A stretch of DNA of 64,000 bases, taken from Oikopleura dioica. Taxonomy: Eukaryota; Animalia; Chordata. Under the pieces are notes generated by a model, which saw nothing but the letters and a program-made list of their open reading frames with translations, ran no database searches and was not told the DNA's origin. This document shows, one piece after another, positions 1 through 16,037 of this stretch (within the stretch, counting starts at the first letter, position 1; every line of letters starts with the position of its first letter). The position numbers were made by a program, and so were the translations under genes. Location: contig OU015567.1 in NCBI GenBank assembly GCA_907165135.1, positions 3,100,001 through 3,164,000 on the forward strand. Reading direction: 5' to 3'.

Positions 1-3000
1 CACCGTTCATTATCAGCGCAGTTGTGGTCAGCACATGGAAGAGGTTCGCCAGTTCCTGGCTGGCTTCCGGCTTCACAAGTAAAGCTTATATCCGGTACGC
101 TTCCGAACGGGAAAGTGTAGCCACTGGAGAGCTCTCCGTTGTCACCGAAGCAAACGTTGTCTGGGTCAGGACCAGTCCATGCCCAAGGAGCATCACATCC
201 ACCCCAGCCATCATCATCGCAGACAATCCATCCCAAGTCTGTTTCCCATCGGATTCTTCCGAGCCATTGATGATCACTTGGACATTCATAAAGGTCCTTG
301 CCATTGTATGTGCCACATGCGACGCAAGACCCGATGCCGTTCCAGTTTACGTAAAGAGATGAACAGCAGCCAAGATCGGTTTTAGGGGCATCCTCGAAAC
401 AGTTAGCAAGTCGGTTATCTTCGTCTTCTCCGTCGAGGCAGTCCGCAAAACCGTCACAGAATTTGTGCTGGAAGATGGGTCGAATAACATCGACAACATC
501 AGGCTCAAGGCACTTGGATCGTGGTTCCATTGGATGAGTGTCTTGCTTGTTTTCGCAGTAGAGGGCGTATCCCTGCTCGGCATCGGTGGTTGTGAGGAGG
601 GGATGAGGAGAGTAGCTTCGGCCGTTGACAAGGGTGAATCCGCTGTACATGACGTTTGAAGATGGTTCGAAGGGATGACCAGTGTCGATCCAATCACTCT
701 CGCTGATATCTCCTACATCGCCACCGGTGATGTAATTGGCCCAATCTGGCCGATCCTGCTCGTGGAGATAGCCGATAGCGTGAAGGAACTCGTGGTGGAT
801 TCCGCCGACGCTGAGGCACCAGTTAGGGAGTCGAAGTGCTTGCCAGCCTGGCTGAATTCCGCTCACGCCATTAGTACAGCCGCTGCAGACACCGACGTAT
901 GACCAGCAACCAGAGCCGTTTGAGGTTTCACCAGCAATGTGGACACCGACGTCGTATGAGAAGGTTGGATCATAAACGAACTTAAGACAACCCATGGCAA
1001 GGGTGAAGTCTGCAAGCTCATCGTGAATCTGCTGCCAGCTCTCAGCAGGAACAGTGTCTTGGATGGCGTATGGAACGACGAATCGACCATCAGAGTCAGT
1101 CTCAGACCATTTCGTTGCCCAGGTGACCAAGCCTCTGCCAGTTGGGGCAGTATGGCCGGCGTTTTGGTCAACATTAAGTCTGTCAGCATCGTAGCCGAGC
1201 TTGACAAGAGCATCAACTTGCCAAGGGGCAACAACGAGATCGCCGTACTCACCCTGGTCACCGTGAGCTCCTTCTCCATTTTCATCGCTTGTGTCCGGTC
1301 GGTTAGCAATATCACCTGCTTTACGTTCACGTGCTCCTTTGGTTTGCGAGGCCTAAAAATTTTAAATTATCAATCGCTTGGCATTAAATTGATTTTAAAT
1401 TACTCTAGAAAAAACATTTTAGATTAAGAGGTTCACTGCCATTAAATTTATATTTGTGGTCGAAAAACGTCAGCTCATCAATTCAGGAGATATCGAATAC
1501 TATCTTTTATTAATGACCCATTTATCAATATTTTTTAGTTAATGTTCGACGACTGTTTAAAATGAGGGACTTTTTGTAATTTAAATTATTTTACTAGTAA
1601 CTTACTAGTAGTAAGGACAAATCTTTTCGTTAATCTGAATTCTATCAATTTCCTCAGAAAAAGCAACCCTATTTCAAATAGGCTATTTGATTACGGAGCA
1701 TGATTTTTTGAGGAAAAATACTGCGGCTCTCTTACATTACAAGTAGGTGGCTCAGTTGGTGGCTCAGTTGGTGGCTCAGTTGGTGGCTCAGTTGGAGGCT
1801 CAGTTGGTGGCTCAGTTGGTGGCTCAGTTGGTGGCTCAGTTGGAGGCTCAGTTGGTGGCTCAGTTGGAGGCTCAGTTGGGGGCTCAGTAGTAGTAGTTGT
1901 CGTTGTAGTCGTGGTTGTTGTTGTTGTTCCGTCGCAAGGGCTGTTGACTGGGTCTCTGCACTCACAGGTGTATCCAGTTCCATCAGCAGTGTTGACGCAT
2001 CGTTCGTTATCAGCGCAGTTGTGGTCAGCGCATGGAAGAGGTTCGCCGGTTCCGGGTTGATTGCCACCTTCACAAGTAAAGCTGATATCTGGAACGGATC
2101 CGAACGGGAAAGTGTAGCCACTGGAAAGCTCTCCGTTGTCACCGAAGCAGACGTTGTCTGGGTCAGGACCAGTCCAGGCCCAAGGAGCATCACATCCACC
2201 CCAACCATCATCATCGCAGACGATCCATCCTAAGTCCGTCTCCCATCGGATTCTCCCGAGCCATTGATGATCACCTGGACATTCGTAAACATCCTTGCCA
2301 TTGTATGTGCCACATGCGACGCAAGATCCTTGACCGTTCCAGTTTACGTAAATAGATGAACAGCAACCGAGGTCGGTTTTTGGGGCATCCTCAAAACAGT
2401 TAGCAAGTCGGTTATCTTCGTCTTCACCGTCGAGACAATCTGCAAAACCGTCGCAGAATTTGTGCTGGAAGATCGGCCGGATAACATCGACAACGTCAGG
2501 CTCGAGGCATTTCGATCGCTTCTCCATTGGATGAGTGTCTTGCTTGTTTTCGCAGTAGAGAGCGTATCCCTGCTCGGCATCGGTGGTGGTGAGGAGGGGA
2601 TGTGGTGAGTAGCTTCGGCCATTGACAAGGGTGAATCCACTGTACATAACGTTTGAGGATGGTTCGAAGGGATGGCCAGTGTCGATCCAATCACTCTCGC
2701 TGATATCTCCTACATCGCCACCGGTGATGTAATTGGCCCAATCTGGCCGATCCTGCTCGTGGAGATAGCCGATAGCGTGAAGGAACTCGTGGTGGATTCC
2801 ACCGACACTGAGGCACCAGTTGGGGAGTCGAAGTGCTTGCCAGCCGGGCTGAATTCCGCTCACGCCATTAGTACAGCCGCTGCAGACACCGACGTATGAC
2901 CAGCAACCAGAGCCATTAGAGGTCTCACCAGCGATGTGGACACCGACGCTGTAAGAAAAGGTTGGATCATAGACAAACTTGAGACAACCCATGGCGAGGG

Positions 3001-5063
3001 TGAAGTCTGCAAGCTCATCGTGAATCTGCTGCCAGCTCTCAGCAGGAACAGTGTCTTGGATGGCGTATGGAACGACGAATCGACCATCAGAGTCAATCTC
3101 AGACCATTTCGTTGCCCAGGTGACCAAACCCCTACCAGTTGGTGCTGTCTGGCCAACGTTTTGGTCAATATTCAACTTGTCAGCGTCGTAACCGAGCTTG
3201 ACCAGAGCATCCACTTGCCAAGGCGCAACAACGAGATCGCCGTACTCGCCCTGGTCACCGTGAGCGCCTTCGCCATTATCATCGCTCGTGTCGGGTAGAT
3301 TCGCTACGTCTCCTGCTTGACGTTCACGTGCTCCTTTTGTTTGTGAGGCCTTAAAGATAAATTTTAAAATCAAACGTCTCATCTAGTGATTTCACCCAAG
3401 CCTGTTTATAGGGACTCTTGTTGATATTTCTAGTTAGAATTATAAAATTATCGTTAAGGCAGATCAAGAATTTTTAATCTTCATGGAAAATCTATCGAAA
3501 AATTCAGTAAAAAAAGAAACCTATTTGATTTTTTTAAATCAATTTTCATCCTTCTTAGACTTACTGTCTTATTTATAAAAAAATTATTTTTCTAGACTCC
3601 TAAATCTAGAGTCTTCGTGTCCGAAGTTTCTTATAGAGCGGTTTGATGAATTTGGAAATTCGAAGATTTTTCCACGTAACAATCAATAAGTCCAATAAAA
3701 AATGTGGATTCCTTACATTACAACTTGGTGGTTCAGTTGGTGGCTCAGTTGGCGGCTCAGTTGGTGGCTCAGCTGTTGTTGTTGATCCGTCGCAAGGGCT
3801 GTTGACTGGGTCTCTGCACACACATGTGAATCCAGATTTATCAGCAGTGTTGACACATCGTTCGTTGTTAGCGCAATTGTGGTTAGCGCATGGGTAAAGT
3901 TCTCCGCCTCCTGAGCAATTAGCTAGACGGCCATCCTCGTCTTCTCCGTCGTAGCAGTCACTGAAGCCGTCGCAGAATTTGTGCTGGAAGATGGGTCGGA
4001 TCACATCGACTACGTCTGGCTCGAGACACTTGGATCGTGGCTCCATTGGATGAGTATCGTGCTTGCCGTCGCAGTAGAGAGCGTATCCCTGCTCGGCATC
4101 GGTTGTGGTAAGGAGGGGATGTGGAGAGTAGCTTCGGCCGTTGACAAGGGAAAATCCGCTGTACATGACGTTGGAAGCTGGTTCAAAGGGATGACCAGTG
4201 TCGATCCAATCACTCTCGCTGATATCTCCAACATCGCCACCGGTGAGGTAATCTGCCCAATCTGGTCGATCCTGCTCGTGAAGATAGCCGATAGCGTGAA
4301 GAAACTCATGATGAATTCCACCGACGTTCAGGCACCAGTTAGGGAGTCGAAGTGCTTGCCATCCGGAATGAATTCCGCTCACGCCATTAGTGCATCCGCT
4401 GCAGACACCGACGTATGACCAGCAACCAGAGCCGTTAGAGCTTTCACCAGCAATGTGAACGCCGACATCGTAAGAGAAGCTTGGATCGTAAACGAACTTG
4501 ACACAACCCATGGCAAGGGTAAAATCAGCAAGTTCATCGTGGATCTTCTGCCAGCTGGACGACGGAACAGTGTTCTGGATTGCGTATGGAACGACGTATC
4601 TTCCATCGGAGTCAGTTACGCTCCATTTTTGAGCCCAGGTGACCAATCCTCTGCCTTTTGGAGCAGTCTGGCTAGCGTTCTGGTCGATATTAAGCTTGTC
4701 AGCATCGTAACCGCGCTTGACAAGAGCATCGACCTGCCATGGGGCAACGATGAGATCACCGTACTCGCCGGTGCTACCGTGAGCGTCAGCTGGTCGATCC
4801 GCCGCTCTTGCAGGAGGACGGCTGGCGGAACCCTTGTAAGGATTCCATTTTTTTCTGGCCGAGACCTAGATATATTTTTAAAACGAGGTATATTTTTTTT
4901 TCTTTTTTTAGGAGTTAAAAATTATTTAATTAGTATCATTTTAATCCTTGTACGGACGCAAGGGTTGTCAGTTCACAAAAATCACTTTATCTCTCAAAAA
5001 AAATAATTCGCTTCTTTTCTCTCTTCGACTTACCGTGGCCAAAATGGCCGTTGACAGCTTCAT
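1..5063 (-). CDS. Secreted astacin-family (M12A) metalloprotease with at least 3 tandem modules (propeptide-astacin-LDLa-[Cys/Trp domain]-EGF-Thr/TEPP linker); 3' end runs off the window
   Basis: Exons 5063-5034 (MKLSTAILAT), 4865-3717, 3349-1736, 1352-<1, joined by phase-0 GT-AG introns. Each module has HEFLHAIGYLHEQDRPD (HExxHxxGxxH), an NVMYSG Met-turn, an EYGDL propeptide motif, CDGFxDCxDGEDE (LDLa) and an EGF-like repeat. Confidence 0.85.
1744..1887 (-). repeat. 12-bp coding minisatellite (about 12 copies, TEPP) next to a poly-Thr run
   Basis: ggctcagttggt/ggctcagttgga units on +. A 4-copy version occurs at about 3726-3773. Confidence 0.95.
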
Positions 5064-6741
5064 CCTGAAAATTCTTTTCAGGCGCTGCTTATGGTAATTA
5101 CGATCGGGGTTATATACGCATCGTGAAGCACTGGCGGCGCTAGAACCGTGCGAGTCGAAACGATGTTATCATGAGTCGCGGACCAAAAATTTTCTTTCCC
5201 TAGATTAAATGCGTTCAAGATTTGTTTATCTTGAATTATTCTTATGCTGGTTCATTTATGCTCAATATGAAGATGTCTTTATTCATAGAAACAATCATTT
5301 TATAAAAATAAAACTTTGAAGGTATATGAAAAGATAAATTGGAAGAAATATGTTGTTTTTGTACTCTTCTCAAAAAACTTCGATTTCTTTGAGCCATAAA
5401 GACGTGGAGGTCTTGCACTGGAGGATTAACTCGACAATCGTCAAATACTATAATAATAAAGTTCTTAAAATCGATCTAACACAAAACGTTTAAGCACGAT
5501 CTTGAAAACATGATGTTGACGGTTTCGCAATCTCTCGTTATCTTCGTCGTCATGCACCTCGTGTTAACTTATGTTGTGATTATCTGAACAAAGTTGATGC
5601 CTAAACACTTCCATTTCGAAATGAGTCTGGGGTCGAGAAATTGTCCATTTCTTCATAAAAAAATTATCATGAAAGTCTCCAATTCAGTCTTAAAATAAGG
5701 TTCCAGCGAGTTCACAAAATAACGATAATGAAAATTGGCGTTCTGTTGAAAAGTTCTCTGAGAGTTTCAAATTTTTGGTTGAGTTCTCGGGTATCTTGAT
5801 CGTTTCAAGAATTTGAAATTGAAATGGTTGTGGTCTTCACCACCAAACTTCGAGATTATACCCTGTCCTTGTTGAGTATGGCTGATATCGGGTTTTCTCA
5901 ACCGTTATCGGACTGCAAGGGGAAGCGTTTTTTGGTGTTATCAACCTTTGGTCCCGTTGCTCGCTGCAGGATTTTGATCGCTAAATTGTCTGATACTAGA
6001 CACGTTGCCAGACGGCTATGTTTTCAAAATTCAGTGAGCGGTTAAGAATTAAAGGCGAACGAAACAAAAACATAGAAATAAATACAGAGAAACATAGTGG
6101 TCCGAAGTACATCAGAACTGCCAGACACCATAACAAACGAAAATCGTTCTACTGTATTTTTCTTTAAACTACAATTTTTGAAAAATTAACAAATTTTGTT
6201 TGAAAATGGAGAACTTGCACTTGACTCTATCAGTCTTGAAATAGAAGTCTCTCAACTTGACTCTTCTGATAACGGGTACTTTGTGGTATTTTATCTATTC
6301 TGTTATCAGGAGGACTAGAAGGTTTGAGTTTTCTTGACTCAAGACATTCTTGAGACTACGATGATAAAAAACGTTAATCAACGTAAAGAGGATTGAATTG
6401 TTTTAACTCTTTTCGAAAGGGTTTTATCACGAAAAAAGCTCGATTAAGAAAATGGAACCACGCAGCAAAAAAACGTTAAAAGTCAAAGCTCTATTTTACC
6501 CGGAACGTACGTCTCCATTCCATGGTCAATTGGCTCTTGACGCTGATTGGCAGCGGAAGCAATTCGACCCGTACCATTTTTGTCTTGCGTGGCTCCAACA
6601 TTATCCCTAAGCGTGAAAATTCGTCAAAATGTCACCCGCGCCCAGAGTTGCTATAAAAGCATTTGGATCCGCTGGAATGGTATACCATTCACGATCGAAA
6701 TACTCGATCTGAAGAGTAACTCAAACGAAAAAAACTTTATC

Positions 6742-9563
6742 ATGAAAGTGGCGTCAATTATAGCCGCCACGGCTAGAGCGCAGCTTCTAATTGACCAAGA
6801 TTGGAGCAATAATGCTGTTTACAACCCAGGTATGAAAAAAGAAAAAAATTTTGGAAAATTCGTTTGTCAGTAATTTTTAGTTTTTGACGGTATTCTCGTT
6901 TCTTTCAATAATTATATCACATTATTTATCTCACATAAATTATCCGTAAACAATATAAAAAATAAAATTTTAATGTCAAATTTTATTATTTTTTATTTAA
7001 CTCCAAAAAAAGCGAATCAATAATTCAGGCCAATGTGAAACCACAACTAACCGCCCACCATTCGCCAAAAGCGACGTTTTTCAAACACGTTGGTTCCGCG
7101 CTCCAGATTCCTCGGTCGAAGGAACTGTTTCCAAGGTCGTCTTTATCCAGCGCTTCCAAGAGCGACTCTGTGGCATGGTTCGCAAGAAGTTTTCATCTCT
7201 CGGGAGCCGACAGCTTCGACGAGCTCTTCGAAACGATGACCTCGCTGAGTCGCAATTTAGTCCAATCGACGATCCAGATCTTGTCGATGAGTTCGACTTG
7301 GTCGTCAATTCTAGAAGCGTCGGAATGCCGCTTAACTTCAAAAGCGTCGAATTGAGATGCATTGGAGACTATTCTGATGGGGTTTGCGAGAGGCACGCTT
7401 TCAGACTTTGCTGTCCATCTTTAGAAGCTGCGAAAATAGTTACAACTCAAGCGCCAACAACTCAGGCGCCAACAACTCAAGCGCCAACAACTCTTGGAAC
7501 AGGAAGCATTGTCAACAATGGTGAAATCGACTTGTTCGCTCATGATTGGCTCAATACCCCTACTGTCGAGCCTGATTGTCCTATTCATGAAGACGGTGTC
7601 GCTCCATACGAACCGTGGGAGACGTTCGAAACGAACTGGTTTGCTGGGATGACAAACTGGGTGCAGCATTTGGACACAAATTTTCTGAATGCTGCTTGCG
7701 ATAGCCTTAGAATTAGCAGCAAAAAGTCTGAATCAACAAGAGTTTCGATTCCTTCTCTGTTTGGAGTAAAGTGCATGAAAGTTGACGCGGATAACGGAGT
7801 ATGTGAAGAAGCTCAATTGAAATTCTGTTGCCTTGCCACCGATCCCACCACAACTACCACCACTACAACAACAACAACCACTACCACCACAACGACGACC
7901 ACTCTCGATTATAGTAGCTCGATCATCAACAATGGTGACATCGATCTTCTGGCTCATAATTACATCGAAACTCCTATCATCTACCCCTCTTGCGAAAACG
8001 CGTACGTAGGGTCCGGGCTCCCGGAAGACTGGCAAGCATTCGAAACAAGCTGGGGCGGAACCTTTCCCATCACAATGATGTCTGTAGCTGCCTCGCAAAG
8101 CATGCGAGATTCTTTCTGTCAAGCTGCAAGAGAGAATGAATTGTTTGTTGATGGAGAAGCAAGAATGTCCGCTCCAACTTGGCTCGGGATTAAATGTCTA
8201 GAAGCGAATCCTGATGGCTCTTGTGCGTATTTCAAGCCTAAGTACTGTTGCGATCCAATTGCAACTACGACCACATCTACAACAACAACATCGACAACAA
8301 CCACTACGACTACCACCACAACAACAACTCTCGATTACAGTAACTCTGTTGAAAATGATGGATCAATCGACCTCGCAGCCCATGATTTCCTCCAAACGCC
8401 TATTATCTATCCTACTTGTGACAACGCATACGAAGGATCAGGTATTCCAGAAGACTGGGAAACCTTTGAAACAAGTTGGGCTGGACCTTATTCTGGAAGA
8501 CAGATGTCTGCTCTCGCTACGCAAAGTGTGAGGGATGCCATGTGCGGGGCTGGTAGAGAGGATGCAAATCTTGTTGATGGCGAGACTAGAATTTCTGCTC
8601 CGAATTATTTCGGCATTAAATGCCTTGTCGCTAGCTCTGATGGCTCTTGCGAATCATTCAAGCTCAAGTTTTGCTGCGCTCCTCTTTACACAACAACCAC
8701 AACAACAACGACAACTACAACGACTACTACTATTGGAACGGGAAGTGTTCTCAACGACGGTTCAATTGACTTCACCACTCATGATTTCCTCAACTATCCA
8801 ACTATTGAGGTCAACTGTGAAGCTACCTACCCTGGGGAAGGATCTGGCGATGTTGAAGAATACCACTCATTTGAATCTGTTTGGTTCGATGCCGCAGCTG
8901 GCTGGTTGGGTCAGCTCTCGTCTGATGTCATGGAAAATACTTGTGAAATCATCCGACAGAATGATGGTGTAAATGGCTGGACTGGTATCGCGAGAAATTC
9001 TCCTCGAGCGATGGTTCCAGTCTTTGCCGGAGTTTCCTGCTACCAAGCTTCTGCTGATGGAGACTGCCAGATGGCCAAGGTGAAGTATTGCTGCCCCGCT
9101 TTGGTGACAACTACAACCACTGTCACGACTCCGACAACTGAGACACCAGAAGGCTCCGGCTCGGATCCAATCTCAATCAATGAAGTTGAACTCCTTATCA
9201 ACTCTTGGGTTGAGGACAAACTCGCACAGGCTAAAACTGATTTCCCAGGATTCAAAAAGCTCGGCAAAGCCACCCGACATATCAACAAAATGAACAAAAT
9301 CATCAGAGTAAGTTTATCAAAGCTATTTTTCAACTCAATTCATCCTTTAGAAACTCGTCAAGAAGAACCAACCGATCGAATGCGCATCAGCTAAGAGCAA
9401 GAAATCGAAGCGAATGGCCGAAACTTACGTTACAGAAAATTACATTTCCCCATTTTTGGATATCCTCGCTGATCACAAGGTCTGTGACGTCTATCCCGCT
9501 TTTGATTCGCGTCTCACTCGAGTCAACAAAGCCTTCGTCAAGATCTTCAGAAAGCTCAATTAA
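6742..9563 (+). CDS. Secreted mucin/oikosin-like protein: 5 Cys-rich CysD/WxxW-like repeats separated by poly-Thr linkers, basic C-terminal domain (about 859 aa)
   Basis: Exons 6742-6829, 7029-9307, 9351-9563 (GT-AG, in frame). Signal-like N-terminus MKVASIIAATARA. Repeats end in FRLCC/LKFCC/PKYCC/LKFCC/VKYCC. TATA-like ctataaaa at about 6651. Confidence 0.75.
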
Positions 9564-9689
9564 GAAAAGAGAGCATTGATTATTTGAATTCCGAAATACT
9601 GTAATTTATCATGTGAAATAAACAACGGAAGAAAAATCGAATCCACTATTCGAAATTCTATTTATTACAAAATCTTAATCTTCAGGGGC

Positions 9690-10545
9690 CTACATAGCAG
9701 TATGAGTTTCAGGAATGGTGTCAGTATCGGGAACGGGGTCTTCTGGGAAAGGATTTGCTGTTGTTTCATCGGTAGTTTCATAACTTTGGTTTCTATTGCA
9801 GGAGAGGCGAGTTAGCCGAGAAGCAAGCCCGACAATCAAGCTCATACAGATCCCTGAAAGCAATTAGATTATTATCTCTCGACTCTTTTTTACCAATAAT
9901 TCCAACAATGAGAGCCCAACCAATTTGAGCATCTGGCTTGTCGTAATCCTTTGAGAGCCATACCGCTACGCCAGTAAAATAAATTAGTGCTCCAATCACC
10001 TGACTAAATGGGGTTCAGAACTCATCTTTGACAAAGTTTATTTTGAAGTTTTAGACCCGCTCCTAACTGCTCCAGCTTTAGATAATCGACCCTTGTTGTC
10101 AATGCCAATGAGAACAAACCCTAGTTGATCATAAGCTGAAATCTTAGTTTGGATATTTTTTACCAATAATTGAAAGAAAAACGCCGCCGGAAATCGGAAC
10201 AATTGTCCAAAGCTCATTCTCAAACTCTTCACTCGTCTTGACAATGCAGTCAGGCTCTGGCTCCGGCTCGGGAACAGTATCGTTCTCTTCATCACTGAAA
10301 ATCTTTGAGATCAAAGAATCAAGTGCCTAGTACCTGGCATCAGCACTAGATTCAAATTCGCTGAAACAGTTTTGGAAAATCCCCGTTGTCTCTCCTGTTG
10401 GAAAGCTTATCCATTCGGGAAACGCAAAACTGATAGAAAGAAGTGCAGTCGATACAAAAGCCAAGACCTGAATTCAACATCTTACTGTATGTAAAATTAC
10501 TGTATGTTCCTTCAATAAAAGCTCTTTCTTTCCAATTTTCCCCAT
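9690..10545 (-). CDS. Claudin/PMP22/EMP-family tetraspan membrane protein
   Basis: Assembled MGKIGKKELLLKEHT|VLAFVSTALLSISFAFPEWISFPTGETTGIFQNC...; W..G[IL][FW]..C signature; last TM QIGWALIVGIIGICMSLIVGL. One internal junction is unresolved. Confidence 0.65.
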
Positions 10546-11134
10546 GCTTCTTTTTATCAATCTCTAACGCGCCTAAATACTTAAAAAGCAGGACCGCCCG
10601 AACTTTCTGTTATAAAAAAAAACTTTCGATTCTCTTCAGCTTTCTCCTGATGAATGGTTGTTATGTGGCCTCGCTCTCGACAGGTTTTGAAGCAACTCGC
10701 ACAAACATAAGAACTCATTCAACTTTGAAAACAATTCCGCGTTCCGTCCGAACGCGAGCCAGCTCGCTGAGAAGAATTTCAAAGTTTTCTTAGCCACTTC
10801 AACAAAATGCGTCTTAATCCTTTCAAGCACTTAAAATATTATTTATATAAAGCCGGTTCTCATCTTCAAGATCAACGATTTTGACGAGCAGTGCAAAATT
10901 TCCAAACTTCAAAGCAATATTTATTTGAGCTCTCTTTCAAATCCTGACTCAGGTTTTGTGCACAGGTGGTCGAAAACAGATTCTGACCAGCAGGTGCTCA
11001 GAACTAATGCCTTCCGCACAGCATGATGCTATCCATCTTATCGTCTTCAATCAGTGCTCCTCTCTAGCACCATCTATGAATTTCCCTACCAGATATAACA
11101 AGAAGATAATTCGTAAAAGAAAGCAGCAAAGAAA

Positions 11135-11743
11135 ATGCCAGAAGCAAATTTTTACAAATTCTTGGTGATTCCAGAGCCAGACAACCCAGCAAAAAACTGG
11201 CACTTTTTCATAAAAACGCTGAAATTTGATTCAATACCCGGTACCTTTTGGGAGTATTCATGTGGATGCTGCATCAACTTCCCTGCCGCTTCCATGCCGA
11301 AAATTCCTGGCGCCGTACTCAATTGCAAGGGTGGGAATAAAGTGAAGAAAATAACCTCATTCTGGGCAAAAGAAGATTCTCCGAAGACGAGCCATTATTC
11401 CTGCCCAAAAGACCCGAAGTTTCCAAATCATCTTCAAAGAATCGTCAACCGACTTGCTGCTCCGCGTCCGGAGTACCTGTTCCTGGCGAAATCTTTGTTG
11501 ATTCCAGTTCAAATTCCCGAAAACCGAATCGAGTACAAGAAAGAACGACAGCTGCCAGAAAGTCTTCGACAGTCTCTTGAGAAGGAAAACAAGAAAACGA
11601 GTGAAAAAGGGATGACGGACGAACAACTTGAAGATCTCTTCGCTCGAACGCACAAGAAGAAGCAGAAAAAGTCGACGAAGAAGCCAAACAAGGGAAAAGC
11701 TCCAAACAACATCCGAAAGACGAAAAAGCCTGTTAAACTGTAA
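11135..11743 (+). CDS. Hypothetical Lys-rich protein (202 aa, single ORF)
   Basis: Open frame in AT-rich context followed by aataaa (about 11790). No recognisable domain. Confidence 0.35.
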   Translation: MPEANFYKFLVIPEPDNPAKNWHFFIKTLKFDSIPGTFWEYSCGCCINFPAASMPKIPGAVLNCKGGNKVKKITSFWAKEDSPKTSHYSCPKDPKFPNHLQRIVNRLAAPRPEYLFLAKSLLIPVQIPENRIEYKKERQLPESLRQSLEKENKKTSEKGMTDEQLEDLFARTHKKKQKKSTKKPNKGKAPNNIRKTKKPVKL

Positions 11744-12356
11744 TTATCTGAACATCAATAAGAATTGCTGAAACATATCAAGAAATGTCAAAATAAATTA
11801 AAAGATGGATATTTTTTATCGTTGATGATTTCTTTATTTTACGAAAATATTGTCGGATAAGGATCAAATAAAAAGCAATACGTTAGATCATTTACCCTTT
11901 TGAATTAATCTAATTTCGAGAATTTCTCGAAGAGTTGCGAATCTTCTGGGCCGCGTCATCTTAGAGCGCTTTTTTGCTGCGCTGTACCGTGACTCAGCTC
12001 GAAAATGACTGAGAACCGCGCAATTTCAGTTTTTTCGTCTTTTTTTTTTGCTTTTTTCAAACTTGCTCATAAAAACTGATTACTTGACGATTACTCGAAG
12101 AGAAAAAACTCAGAGATTCAAAAATAAATCAGCCAATTTATTTAAAAAAATGTTTTTTTTTGTCAAATTACTTTGTGTCTCTGTCTTTGCGCGTTACAGT
12201 CAAATTCTTGCTTCAGTTTTCTCGCTCGGGAAAGAGTATTTTTCAGATAAATCTGCTCATTTAGCACTTTTTCTAAAACAAGCCTTTTTTCTAGATTGGT
12301 GCATTTATTTTCAACTTCGCCAGAAACTGAATTGAAAACAGTCAAAAGAGAGAAAA

Positions 12357-15377
<3,021 letters not shown>

Positions 15378-16037
15378 AGAAACACCGCTTCAGTTCGCCA
15401 CCAAGTTCAAATACCACCACCATCGTCTCACAACGTCGCTGTTATTGAAAAAACAACATTGCTCTAGAATCTAACTCTACTTACTCTGTCTCCGTTAATC
15501 TTTTTTCCCTTCTCTTGCGTACATTCGATTGATAAGTCTATTTGTTAAAAACCACACATGTTTCTTAAAAGAACGTATTTTATATATTTTAAAAACAAAG
15601 ATAAAGAAATAGAGTACAACCGAAACGGAAAAAAATTGTTGTCTCTTTCGAATTATTATTTCATCCTGCAGGAATCAGTAGCATCTTTTAGATCTCCAAT
15701 TAGCTAGTACCATGTTTCAGGGGCAGGCATCATAGCTTCAAAAGCCTTTACTTACTGAGAGCGTCGCTATGTTAATTTTCGAAGGAAAGCTAATATTGAA
15801 GTCTGACCCCTTATTTCGCGGATTATTTCTAATTTTCCACTGATTCTTCAAACCAAGATAATTAAGTATCATGGTATAAGCCTTCATCTTTTTTCCTGTG
15901 CAATCTTTAATTTTCATAACCTTAGTTTTTTGCTAAACACTTCTAGTGCAACTGTTACATGTATGTTCAATCAATAATTAGGCAAAAATCAACATGTAAG
16001 AATGAAAAAGAACCCAATAATTAGATAGATTTTAAAG

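Noticed and set aside
1744-1887. Regular direct repeats as a CRISPR array
   Set aside because: 12-bp head-to-tail units with no spacers, in frame as TEPP inside a eukaryotic exon.
3350-3382. ATG at 3382 (MRRLILKFIFK) as the start of a separate astacin gene
   Set aside because: It lies in the intron's 3' end, is a poor signal peptide and has no equivalent before module 3. The phase-0 splice explains the structure better, though it is not formally excluded.
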